DNA from: Candidatus Heimdallarchaeota archaeon
GTDB lineage: Archaea > Asgardarchaeota > Heimdallarchaeia > Heimdallarchaeales > Heimdallarchaeaceae
DNA length: 35,270 nt
Assembly (NCBI GenBank): GCA_018238545.1
Contig: JABCTC010000035.1
Coordinates: 1 to 35,270, forward strand
Reading direction: 5' to 3'
The notes beneath the pieces were generated by a model. The model did not search any database and was not told the origin of the DNA. It saw nothing but the letters and a program-made list of their open reading frames with translations. A program made the position numbers and the translations under genes. This document shows, piece after piece, positions 9,812-17,759 of this stretch (positions are counted from its first letter, which is position 1; each line of letters starts with the position of its first letter).

Positions 9812-11065
9812 CTAAGTTTTCATAATCTCTCGTAATAATTCAGTAGCGTATGAACCCTTTGGGATTTTAAAACTAATTTCTACTTTTGTTTTCGAACTAT
9901 TGATTTCATCTTCAAGCACATTTTCAATCCTTAGGCTATTAGGCAAAAAACTTATGGCTCTAAAAGTTCCATGACCTCCAATCTTTTGAACTATATTGTT
10001 TTGAAATATGTTAATATCTATCTCTTCTTCAATGAGGATCTCATCATATATTCTTTTAACATCACCAGATAAAACCGTTTTTCGACCTACTATGGGTGCG
10101 TAAATTTTACCGTCTTTTGTTGTTTCACCTGATATATTTTGTTGCAAATTTTGGCTATGATCATTCCATCTAACAGTTAAATATTTGTTGAAAAGCTTTG
10201 CTTGGAATGCGTGCACAAACAGTTTTCTGAATTGTGGAGGTAAAGAGAAAAAGGCTTGCTCGTAGTTCATCCTACGTTTGATTAATTCTCGTAATAGTTT
10301 TCTTTCGATTGTCAAGAACCTTGGAAAAGCCTCCAGAGCTTTTTTGCAATCTTCTGTTTCCCAATAAGTTTTTCTGACTTCTTGTATTTCCTCTGATTCC
10401 CCATCAAAAACTTTGCCTAGATAAGTCTTTATCGCAAGTTCAAAATCACCTTGAACTAATATCTTCCCAACTCGATGTGTTATGGGTCTTAAATCACCAA
10501 ACCTCTGAATTCCAAAACCATTTAACACTCCTCTTTTTGCATGAATGTCCTCAAACGATTCTTCAATAAGTTTTCGCGTTTCTTCTTGAAACTGGTTTAT
10601 ATCTCTGATAGTGATATTAAATGCATTTCCCCAAAGATTTCCTAGTCTTATTTCTTTTAATCTTAAACACAAAGAATGCGTTTTTATTTTAGGCAAATCT
10701 AAAGTGTTCAAAACTCCACTTTCGAATTTATCTTTTAAACCCCAAATACACACTCTTTGGGCAGTAAGGGCTCTTTTATCTTTTGAACCCGCGATGCTGA
10801 TATCATTACGTTCAACTTTCCATAATCTAGCTAACCAATCTAAAGCATCTGATGTATCAATATCCCTTTTCACTAGAACGAAATGAAGAAACAATCCAGG
10901 TTTTCCAGGTAGCTCTATCCTATCTTCACGTGGATCTAATTTGTGTTCCTTATCTATTATTTCACTTACAATGAAATCTTCAGGAAAATGTTTGATTTTT
11001 CCTCCGATACCTTGAGATTTTATGATTGACGGGGTTAATAACTCCGAAGAATAGTTATTCTTCAT
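9812..11065 (-). CDS. truD: tRNA pseudouridine(13) synthase TruD
   Basis: GGKIK..PEDFIVSE, AGSKDKRALTAQ, GNLWGNAFNITIR, FGIQRFG, F.IPKGSYATELLRE. Confidence 0.95.
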   Translation of the reverse strand: MKNNYSSELLTPSIIKSQGIGGKIKHFPEDFIVSEIIDKEHKLDPREDRIELPGKPGLFLHFVLVKRDIDTSDALDWLARLWKVERNDISIAGSKDKRALTAQRVCIWGLKDKFESGVLNTLDLPKIKTHSLCLRLKEIRLGNLWGNAFNITIRDINQFQEETRKLIEESFEDIHAKRGVLNGFGIQRFGDLRPITHRVGKILVQGDFELAIKTYLGKVFDGESEEIQEVRKTYWETEDCKKALEAFPRFLTIERKLLRELIKRRMNYEQAFFSLPPQFRKLFVHAFQAKLFNKYLTVRWNDHSQNLQQNISGETTKDGKIYAPIVGRKTVLSGDVKRIYDEILIEEEIDINIFQNNIVQKIGGHGTFRAISFLPNSLRIENVLEDEINSSKTKVEISFKIPKGSYATELLREIMKT

Positions 11066-11077
11066 TTATACCAGCTC

Positions 11078-11437
11078 TTACAATAGTGGCAATTCTTTCG
11101 AAACTTTATCGATATTTTGTTCTAAAGAAGGTCCGATTCCAATTGCTGTTGTTGTTCCTGGAGGTAGTTGAGTTAATCCAGCATCATTAATAACGGCAAA
11201 AGGAATATTCAATCTTCGTGCTTTTTCAGCAAGTTCATGAATCTCTTCTTCAGATTTTACTTTTACTGTTACTTTTTTTTGACCCTCTGAAATCCATTTG
11301 TCTGCCCAATCTGGATAGTGTTTTCTTGTTTTCAAATATGCTGATATGGACCCATGTGCAACTTGAACAGCGGTTTTCCCTTTAGACATTTTCAAATCTG
11401 TTCGTACAGCAATAACTTGTTTATAAGTGAAAGACAT
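11078..11437 (-). CDS. pth2: Peptidyl-tRNA hydrolase Pth2
   Basis: KQVIAVRTDLKMSKGKTAVQVAH, GQKKVTVK, DAGLTQLPPGTTTAIGIGP. Confidence 0.96.
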   Translation of the reverse strand: MSFTYKQVIAVRTDLKMSKGKTAVQVAHGSISAYLKTRKHYPDWADKWISEGQKKVTVKVKSEEEIHELAEKARRLNIPFAVINDAGLTQLPPGTTTAIGIGPSLEQNIDKVSKELPLL

Positions 11438-11593
11438 TACGAAAGTAATAACAAGTATGTGTTTAAATTTGTACTGATTAGAAAGTTTGAGTATTTTTGG
11501 ACATTCTTTGAAAAAAGAAGATTACACTATTTTACTCAAACAATTCTAATCTACTGTACTCTGCTAGCATAGTAAGATCTTTTTTAATACCTT

Positions 11594-12097
11594 TTATATG
11601 AATTCAATATACGCTTCTGTGTTCAGCACAGAATGGACTGTTTGAATGATAACGCTTTCAGGTATTGGTAATTCCTGTTTATACTTCTTGTCAATCTCAA
11701 TTTTGTATTCTTTATCACTAAATGGAGGAATATACAAAGTAGAAACCTTTGTAATAGGAATTGGATGAATTAGACTCTCAACAAGTCGTCGAGGGTCATT
11801 TGTTTTTTCTAGAAATCTTACCTCTTTATGAGAATGCTGCATTATTTTATCTATAATTTCTGGTCTAGAAAGTATCGGGACATCTTGTTTTCTTGTAACT
11901 AAAATGATAACATCGTCTAGCTCAACAGATGAATACAGAGCAATATCCTTCATGGCTTTATTACCTTTGGAAAGGTCAACAAGTATCTTAGATAACTCTA
12001 TATCCGAATCGCTAATTTTTCCTTCACGGTAAAGTTGTTTACACTTTCTGCATAGAGTGTTTGTTTGAGCATCAATTAGACATACTGGTAATTTCAC
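11594..12097 (-). CDS. Archaeal NusA-like (degenerate KH) protein with N-terminal Cys motif
   Basis: MKLPVC..D.....LC.KC.....GKIS..D.ELS..L N-terminus typical of the archaeal NusA-like family; L.HPI..V.TLY.P; sits in the pth2/truD neighbourhood. Confidence 0.65.
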   Translation of the reverse strand: MKLPVCLIDAQTNTLCRKCKQLYREGKISDSDIELSKILVDLSKGNKAMKDIALYSSVELDDVIILVTRKQDVPILSRPEIIDKIMQHSHKEVRFLEKTNDPRRLVESLIHPIPITKVSTLYIPPFSDKEYKIEIDKKYKQELPIPESVIIQTVHSVLNTEAYIEFI

Positions 12098-12225
12098 GCA
12101 TAGCCACCTAAGCTATTTGTAGTATGCTTATAATTGTCTATTTTAAGAATTGCGAATACTGTGAGTATTCTAGCAATAAAAAATATGTGGGAGAATGACA
12201 ACAAAAAGTAGGGAATTTTCCTCTA

Positions 12226-13125
12226 TTAAATTAAACCTCGCTCCATGAGGACCTTAAATTCATCCAAAGTTAATTTGCTTCCCTCTTTAAATCTACCAAG
12301 TATTTCAGCAGCCCTTGCGTCCAATTTTTTGTCTCTTGTGCGCTTAGCCTCAACCCTTCTAGCTTTTCTAACAGCATGAAGTTCAATTCCAAACTCATTA
12401 GAGAGTTTTTTAACCTCTTGAGTTAAACCATCAAGCGTTTTACGAATTTCAGTTATTTGAATGCTGAGGGATATTACTTCTGCATGGGCAGCATCTGCTT
12501 CCTCTTTGATTTTTCTTGCTTCTTTGGTAGCTTTAAGCATTTTTTCTTGATGAATTTGAGATTCTTGAGCAAGTGTTGTGACACTTGTATGATATGTCTT
12601 AATCTCGGTTTGCATATGTCGAAGCTTATTTTGAATGTCGCGTACTTCGCTTCGCAAATCCTTGAATTGTTCAATCTTCTCAAATTCTGCACTTAGTTCT
12701 TCTAATTGACTAAGTGAAGTTTTTTCCATTTCTTTTGTTAAAAAGGGAGTCGTTTCTAACTGTCTTTCTAGACGACGTATTTTTTCTCCTACCCTTCTGT
12801 TTTTTGGAACTCCAACATTCTTCATTTGCGATCCTAATTCGATAAGCCTCTTAGCTATCTTGTCTGCGTCTTCTCGCAGAATATCTCGCATCTGTTTGCG
12901 AACTTGAACTTCCTCATTTATTTTATCTCTTAGCCCCTTTGAAGTTTTGGCTTCATTGAACAAATCTTTAGCTTGTTTGTTCTTTTGATCCCGGCTGCTT
13001 CTGATTTCATTGCGTTTCTCATTGCATCCTCGGAGCTTGTCAATGAACTCTTTTCGTTTCAATCTTAGTGAACCTAAATGCTCTTTCTTTTCTTCCAAGT
13101 TCATTTCTTCACTTTCGACACTCAT
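12226..13125 (-). CDS. Conserved archaeal coiled-coil protein (COG1340-like)
   Basis: Continuous heptad pattern; LE...QLET...LT...E; C-terminal A.EIL.RFK.G.KLTLDEF. Confidence 0.75.
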   Translation of the reverse strand: MSVESEEMNLEEKKEHLGSLRLKRKEFIDKLRGCNEKRNEIRSSRDQKNKQAKDLFNEAKTSKGLRDKINEEVQVRKQMRDILREDADKIAKRLIELGSQMKNVGVPKNRRVGEKIRRLERQLETTPFLTKEMEKTSLSQLEELSAEFEKIEQFKDLRSEVRDIQNKLRHMQTEIKTYHTSVTTLAQESQIHQEKMLKATKEARKIKEEADAAHAEVISLSIQITEIRKTLDGLTQEVKKLSNEFGIELHAVRKARRVEAKRTRDKKLDARAAEILGRFKEGSKLTLDEFKVLMERGLI

Positions 13126-13263
13126 ACACTTACCACGTTATAATACAGTTCAGAGTTCATATTTAATATATAAACAATAATCAAATAATCGAGAGCTTAA
13201 TTTGCATTTAAGTTTTATGTAAATGCACCAAACATTATGTCACAGCTAGTTTCTATTTCACCA

Positions 13264-13422
13264 TTACTTCTTGTTTGAACGTTTCATTCGTAATTCTGGC
13301 GATCTGCATTTTCTGCATTTTTTAGCAGTAGCTGGATTGGTGGCATAGCACTTTCTGCACACTTTTCTATTCATTATATGTGAACGAGCTATAGCGCGGT
13401 ATTCTGGGTTTGTAACTGGCAT
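13264..13422 (-). CDS. rpl40e: 50S ribosomal protein L40e (not in ORF track, 52 aa)
   Basis: Manual translation MPVTNPEYRAIARSHIMNRKVCRKCYATNPATAKKCRKCRSPELRMKRSNKK*; C4 zinc motif; GAGGT SD upstream. Confidence 0.93.
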   Translation of the reverse strand: MPVTNPEYRAIARSHIMNRKVCRKCYATNPATAKKCRKCRSPELRMKRSNKK

Positions 13423-13539
13423 TTTAGCATACCTCAATTATTTTATTTTCTGCTTTAAATCAGTTATTAAAAGCATTTCTATTAAGAGCAAGAACAAAGA
13501 AAATCACAAAAAAAGGGAAACATGGTTGAGTTCATAGAA

Positions 13540-13992
13540 TCAAATAAATCTGTATTGAAGTTTCTCTTTGACAGCACCTAAGAGTTTCTCTAGCTCTTCT
13601 AAGCTATTTTCTTCTTTTCTTTTTATGATATTTTCAATTTCTGTCCTATAGTCTCTAAGATCTTTTATATCAGCAATAAAATCCTCTATCTCTTTCTTAT
13701 TTTGATCAATTTTTGTTTGAACATTTCCCATTTCGATGTTTTCATCAATTAGTGATGGGCCATTCTTTTCTTTAGCAATTACTAACTTTGTAACACCTTC
13801 ATCCAGTTTTTTTATTCTTTGATTCATTGTATGAATACGTTGTGTTACGATGACAATTGTATCGTCTGCTCTTTTTAGTATCGGACTCTTTGCCTTTTTT
13901 CTTCTATTTTGAGTGAAATAGATGATTAAGAAAATTACCAATAGAAAAACAGGCACTCCTATACCTAGGCCTAAATATAATGCTACACTCAT
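13540..13992 (-). CDS. Hypothetical protein: N-terminal TM helix, basic stop-transfer patch, coiled coil
   Basis: Hydrophobic residues 3-27, then RRKKAK, then heptad-rich sequence. Confidence 0.6.
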   Translation of the reverse strand: MSVALYLGLGIGVPVFLLVIFLIIYFTQNRRKKAKSPILKRADDTIVIVTQRIHTMNQRIKKLDEGVTKLVIAKEKNGPSLIDENIEMGNVQTKIDQNKKEIEDFIADIKDLRDYRTEIENIIKRKEENSLEELEKLLGAVKEKLQYRFI

Positions 13993-14164
13993 GTTAATCT
14001 CTAAATGAAATTGAATTATTTATTATTTAAAGTTAATCAAAAGATTATGTAATTGCTTATGATATTCTATAGGAAAACAGAAATCTTCTCTGAAAATGCT
14101 GTGTATTGTGATATATGTAAACGTTTTTAACACTCTCCCCCTCTATTTTCATGAACTAAATAGA

Positions 14165-14451
14165 TTAGTTTACAAATCAGACTAACAGGTATAAAACATA
14201 CCTTGATAGCAAACAATAATTTAAGTTTGCAAAAAAAGTTGAAAGAAGTCTGATGGGTATCACACTTACAAACACCTATCACGATCATTGATGATCTTTA
14301 CATAATAATACTAATCACAGTCATACACAATACACTAAAGAAGTGTATTTAATGTTTGAAAAATTCAGATTAAATTAAGTTTATAAAAGGTAGTTGAGGG
14401 TGAAGGGGTTAGTGGATATACCTATCATTTTTCTTGTTGACTTTGCAGCTT
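14165..14451 (+). ncRNA. Candidate structured 5' leader or ncRNA upstream of dnaG
   Basis: Serial hairpins plus a long-range helix pairing 14236-14266 with 14411-14451; no credible ORF. Confidence 0.45.
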
Positions 14452-14479
14452 AAAAACAAATAAAATGTAGGTGAAGGAT

Positions 14480-16057
14480 ATGGGTGCAAAAACCGATACT
14501 TCAACAACTAAATATGAAATTACAGCTAAATTCGAAGTCGATGGAGTGGTTGAAAAACCAGATATCGTTGGAGCCATTTATGGGCAAACCGATGGTTTAC
14601 TAAGTGAAAACCTTGACATCCGTGAACTTCAAAAAACCGGTAGAATCGGTAGAATTAGTGTTGATTATTCTAGCAGTAGAGGAAAAACAACTGGTAAAAT
14701 TGTTATCCCCTCTAGTTTATCAAGAACAGAGACCGCAATACTCGCAGCTACTCTTGAAACAGTAGATAGAGTTGGTCCATGTACTTGTCAAATACAGTTG
14801 AAAGAGATAGTCGATGTACGAGTTAACAAAAGGCAATCAATTGTTGATCGTGCATCCGAAATTATTAGACAATGGGATCAAAATGTAAGCCCATTTAGTT
14901 CTTCTATTAGATTGGAAGTCGAAAAACATTCTAAAGCAGGTTCGGTTGTTAAATTAACTGATGAAGGGATTTCTGCAGGACCTGGATTTGAAAGACAAAA
15001 GAAAACAATTTTGGTAGAAGGAAGAGCCGATGTAGTTAATCTCCTAAAATATGGTATTGATAACACTATTGCAGTGAATGGAACAAGTATCCCCCCCAAA
15101 TTGATTGACTTGATCAAGAAGAAAACTGTAACAGCTTTTCTTGATGGGGATAGGGGTGGTGATTTGATTCTTAAAGAACTTCTTCAAGTTGCACATATTC
15201 AGAATGTAGCACGTGCTCCAAAAGGAAAAGAAGTAGAAGACTTAAACAAAAATCAAGTAAACAAAGCCCTTAACGATGCTGTCTCATTAGAAAAAACAAT
15301 ATTCTTGACAGGAGAAGATGAAGGCAAAACAGTAAAAGAGTTTCTTGAAAAAGATAAAATTGAAGATAAAAAGAAAAGAAGAACTCTTAGATCTAAGAAG
15401 GAAACTGAAAAGAAGCCAAAAACTAGAGTTTCTTCAAGAACTGAAAGAGACGTAAAAACAATTGCTTCAAAAACATCCTCAGTGACAAAAAGAACTACTG
15501 TTAAACCAACAACTTCTGTAAGACAACCTGCGAAAGAAAGAACTCCTAGTGCTGGTAAGATTACTAAAAAACCAACAACTGCTTCTAAGAAACCTTCTAG
15601 TAGACCATCTTCTAGTAGATCGACATCAAGCCGACCTTCTGGTAGACCATCTTCTAGTAGATCGACATCAAGCCGACCTTCTGGTAGACCATCTTCTAGT
15701 AGATCGACATCAAGCCGACCTTCTGGTAGACCCAGAGGTAGACCTCCACAGAGAGAAATTAGAAAAGTTCAATTGCCTGAATACTTGTCATCTTCTGTTA
15801 CAAACATCAAAGCAAAGTTTGAAGCAGTTGTATTTGATGAGGCTGAAAAAGAAATCTTACGAAGTTCTGCAAGTGAAATTTATTCAAAATTGGATGGCAT
15901 AGAAAAAGCACACGTAATAATAATAGATGGTGTCATTACACAGAGATTACTTGAAAAAGCACATGGTAAAGGAATTAAAATGGTAATTGGTGCTCGAAAA
16001 GGTGAAATTACTAAAAAACCAACAAATCTCCGTGTTATAGAGTTTAAACAAATTTAA
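14480..16057 (+). CDS. dnaG: Archaeal DnaG (primase-like, exosome-associated) with long low-complexity linker
   Basis: KYEITAKFEVDGVVEKPDIVGAIYGQTDGLL, ELQKTGRIGRI, TOPRIM VEGRADV...FLDGDRGG, C-terminal DGVITQRLL. Start placed at ATG 14480 because the GTG at 14471 lies within the GGTGA SD. Confidence 0.95.
   Translation: MGAKTDTSTTKYEITAKFEVDGVVEKPDIVGAIYGQTDGLLSENLDIRELQKTGRIGRISVDYSSSRGKTTGKIVIPSSLSRTETAILAATLETVDRVGPCTCQIQLKEIVDVRVNKRQSIVDRASEIIRQWDQNVSPFSSSIRLEVEKHSKAGSVVKLTDEGISAGPGFERQKKTILVEGRADVVNLLKYGIDNTIAVNGTSIPPKLIDLIKKKTVTAFLDGDRGGDLILKELLQVAHIQNVARAPKGKEVEDLNKNQVNKALNDAVSLEKTIFLTGEDEGKTVKEFLEKDKIEDKKKRRTLRSKKETEKKPKTRVSSRTERDVKTIASKTSSVTKRTTVKPTTSVRQPAKERTPSAGKITKKPTTASKKPSSRPSSSRSTSSRPSGRPSSSRSTSSRPSGRPSSSRSTSSRPSGRPRGRPPQREIRKVQLPEYLSSSVTNIKAKFEAVVFDEAEKEILRSSASEIYSKLDGIEKAHVIIIDGVITQRLLEKAHGKGIKMVIGARKGEITKKPTNLRVIEFKQI
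15601..15732 (+). repeat. Perfect 42-bp tandem repeat, 3 copies plus 6 bp (RPSSSRSTSSRPSG)
   Basis: Unit TAGACCATCTTCTAGTAGATCGACATCAAGCCGACCTTCTGG at 15601, 15643 and 15685. Confidence 0.97.
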
Positions 16058-16077
16058 CTCTTCTTTTTTTTTCTTCT
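16058..16077 (+). terminator. Oligo-T archaeal terminator after dnaG
   Basis: Pyrimidine/T-tract immediately after the stop codon. Confidence 0.55.
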
Positions 16078-16090
16078 AATAAGCCAAAAA

Positions 16091-16109
16091 CCTTAATAGC
16101 AAATTAAGG
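16091..16109. promoter_or_regulatory. Inverted repeat overlapping the putative tyrS TATA box
   Basis: CCTTAAT-N5-ATTAAGG, preceded by an A-rich BRE-like run. Confidence 0.4.
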
Positions 16110-16226
16110 ATTCGTAGGCAGAGATGATGCCCTTGGAATATCTATGACTTTTATTAGTTCGTTTTTACCACTACTACTGTGGGGCAAAACCATCAAAGTA
16201 TTTTCGAAAAACTCAGGTGAGATTTA

Positions 16227-17294
16227 ATGTCTATTAAAGATAAGATGAAATTAATAACAAGAAATGCTGAAGAAGTTATCTTAAAAGAAGAAATACAAAA
16301 AATTCTAACTGAAAAAGCAAAACCACGAGCTTATGTGGGTTTTGAGCTTTCAGGATTCCTTCACTTGGGAACAGGTTTAGTAATTGGTAACAAATTAAAA
16401 GATTTAGCAAAAGCTGGATTCGAAACAGTTGTCTTCCTTGCAGATTGGCACAGTTGGATTAATAATAAACTTGGTGCTGATATGGATAAAATCAGGATTG
16501 CGGGGGAGTATTTTCAAAAGGCTTTTGAATCAGTTGGGGTCAAGGGTCCCAACATCAAGTACATTTGGGCTTCAGATTTGGTAGACCGAAGTGAATATTG
16601 GGCCAAAGTAGTGAGAGTTGCGAAGGCAAATTCCATTACTCGAATATTGAGAACCATGCCCATTATGGGCCGAAAAACTGACGGAGAAATGGAATCAGCT
16701 TTTCTCTACTATCCTGCTATGCAAGTCGCAGATATTTATGATATGGAGATTGATTTAGCTGTTGGTGGCATGGATCAGAGAAAAGCTCATATGCTGGCAA
16801 GAGATACAGCTGAAAAGTTAGGTTTTACAAAACCTTCATGTCTTCATACCCCCTTACTGACAGGTTTGGAAGGGTTAGGAAAGAAAATGGATGCGGAAGC
16901 TGTCCCTGATTTATCCACACAAATCGACGCAAAAATGAGTAAATCTAAACCAGATACTTGTATCTTTATTCATGATAGTGAAGATGATATATTTCGAAAA
17001 ATCAAAAAAGCTCAATGTCCTCCAAAACAAGTTGTTGGTAACCCAATCACAGAAATGGTACAATTTATTGTCTTTGGCATGAACCCAACTTTCAAAATTG
17101 AAAGAACTGAAAAATTCGGTGGTGATATCACCTTCAACAACTACAAATCTTTTGAGGAAGCATATCTCAAAGGTGATTTGCATCCCATGGATCTTAAATC
17201 AGCTGTATCTAAATCTTTAGGGGATATTCTGAAGCCTTCAAGAAACTACTTTGAAAAACATGTAGATATAATTGAAGAGATAAAGGATTTTTAG
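16227..17294 (+). CDS. tyrS: Tyrosine--tRNA ligase (archaeal type)
   Basis: AYVGFELSGFLHLG (HIGH-like), FLADWHSWINNK, YPAMQVADI, GGMDQRKAHMLARD, KMSKS, LHPMDLK. Confidence 0.96.
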   Translation: MSIKDKMKLITRNAEEVILKEEIQKILTEKAKPRAYVGFELSGFLHLGTGLVIGNKLKDLAKAGFETVVFLADWHSWINNKLGADMDKIRIAGEYFQKAFESVGVKGPNIKYIWASDLVDRSEYWAKVVRVAKANSITRILRTMPIMGRKTDGEMESAFLYYPAMQVADIYDMEIDLAVGGMDQRKAHMLARDTAEKLGFTKPSCLHTPLLTGLEGLGKKMDAEAVPDLSTQIDAKMSKSKPDTCIFIHDSEDDIFRKIKKAQCPPKQVVGNPITEMVQFIVFGMNPTFKIERTEKFGGDITFNNYKSFEEAYLKGDLHPMDLKSAVSKSLGDILKPSRNYFEKHVDIIEEIKDF

Positions 17295-17314
17295 TTTTTT
17301 TCTTCTTTTCTTTT
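17295..17314 (+). terminator. Oligo-T terminator after tyrS
   Basis: TTTTTTTCTTCTTTTCTTT directly after the stop codon. Confidence 0.55.
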
Positions 17315-17340
17315 GTATCAGATAAAAAACTTCAAGATAC

Positions 17341-17596
17341 TAAAGGAGATAAGATATATTGCCTTTATCGAGGACTTTCTAGAGATGGCGATGCCGACTA
17401 GGAAAGAAAGTGCAAGGAAAAGGCTACATTTCCGCTATCAACGGGCTCTTTCCTTAGTTGAGTGTAACACTCAATACAATGACGGTGAGTCAACCCTAGC
17501 GGGATACAGTTGCTCCTGAGGCGCTCAACTGGTGGATATGGGATATTCCCCTTAAAATGAAACCAAGGGTTAACCTCAGGGGCATATCTATCTGAT
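17341..17596 (+). ncRNA. Unassigned ~250-nt structured RNA candidate
   Basis: GC-enriched intergenic island with a string of hairpins; G-U wobbles favour the + strand; T-tract at 17596-17600. Confidence 0.55.
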
Positions 17597-17657
17597 TTTT
17601 CAATAACAATAGGAAACAGAAAAAATAAATACTTATCAGTTAAACAATCACTGCTTA

Positions 17658-17736
17658 GGGGCAGTGATCTAGCTTGGCCCATGATGCCACTCTCACACAG
17701 TGGATGTCGCAGGTTCAAATCCTGCCTGCCCCACCA
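17658..17736 (+). tRNA. tRNA-Val (anticodon CAC), CCA encoded, no intron
   Basis: Acceptor GGGGCAG/CTGCCCC, anticodon arm CCACT-CTCACAC-AGTGG, T arm GCAGG-TTCAAAT-CCTGC, discriminator A then CCA. Confidence 0.97.
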
Positions 17737-17759
17737 ATTTTAGAAGTTGTGCAGCAGAA

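Noticed and set aside
14250-14294. C/D box sRNA (CTGA at 14250, TGATGA at 14289)
   Set aside because: Boxes are in D-then-C order with no convincing outer C and D boxes.
15601-15732. CRISPR array interpretation of the dnaG repeats
   Set aside because: Contiguous in-frame tandem units with no unique spacers and no cas genes.
15549-15902. Alternative-frame repeat ORF (LLVDHLLVDRHQAD)
   Set aside because: Shadow of the dnaG tandem repeat.
17341-17596. RNase P RNA or cobalamin riboswitch identity for the unassigned RNA
   Set aside because: GAAAGTCC and GCAACTGTA occur on the minus strand and TGCAAG/TGAAAC on the plus strand, but the order and partner elements (P4 3' strand, GGTG...AATCC) are missing.
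17313-17718. ORFs 17313-17519 (+) and 17398-17718 (-)
   Set aside because: No motifs; they overlap the structured RNA candidate and the tRNA, and likely stay open because of local GC enrichment.
17700-17759. N-terminal extension of the methyltransferase given in the ORF track
   Set aside because: It lies inside tRNA-Val; ATG 17760 is more plausible.
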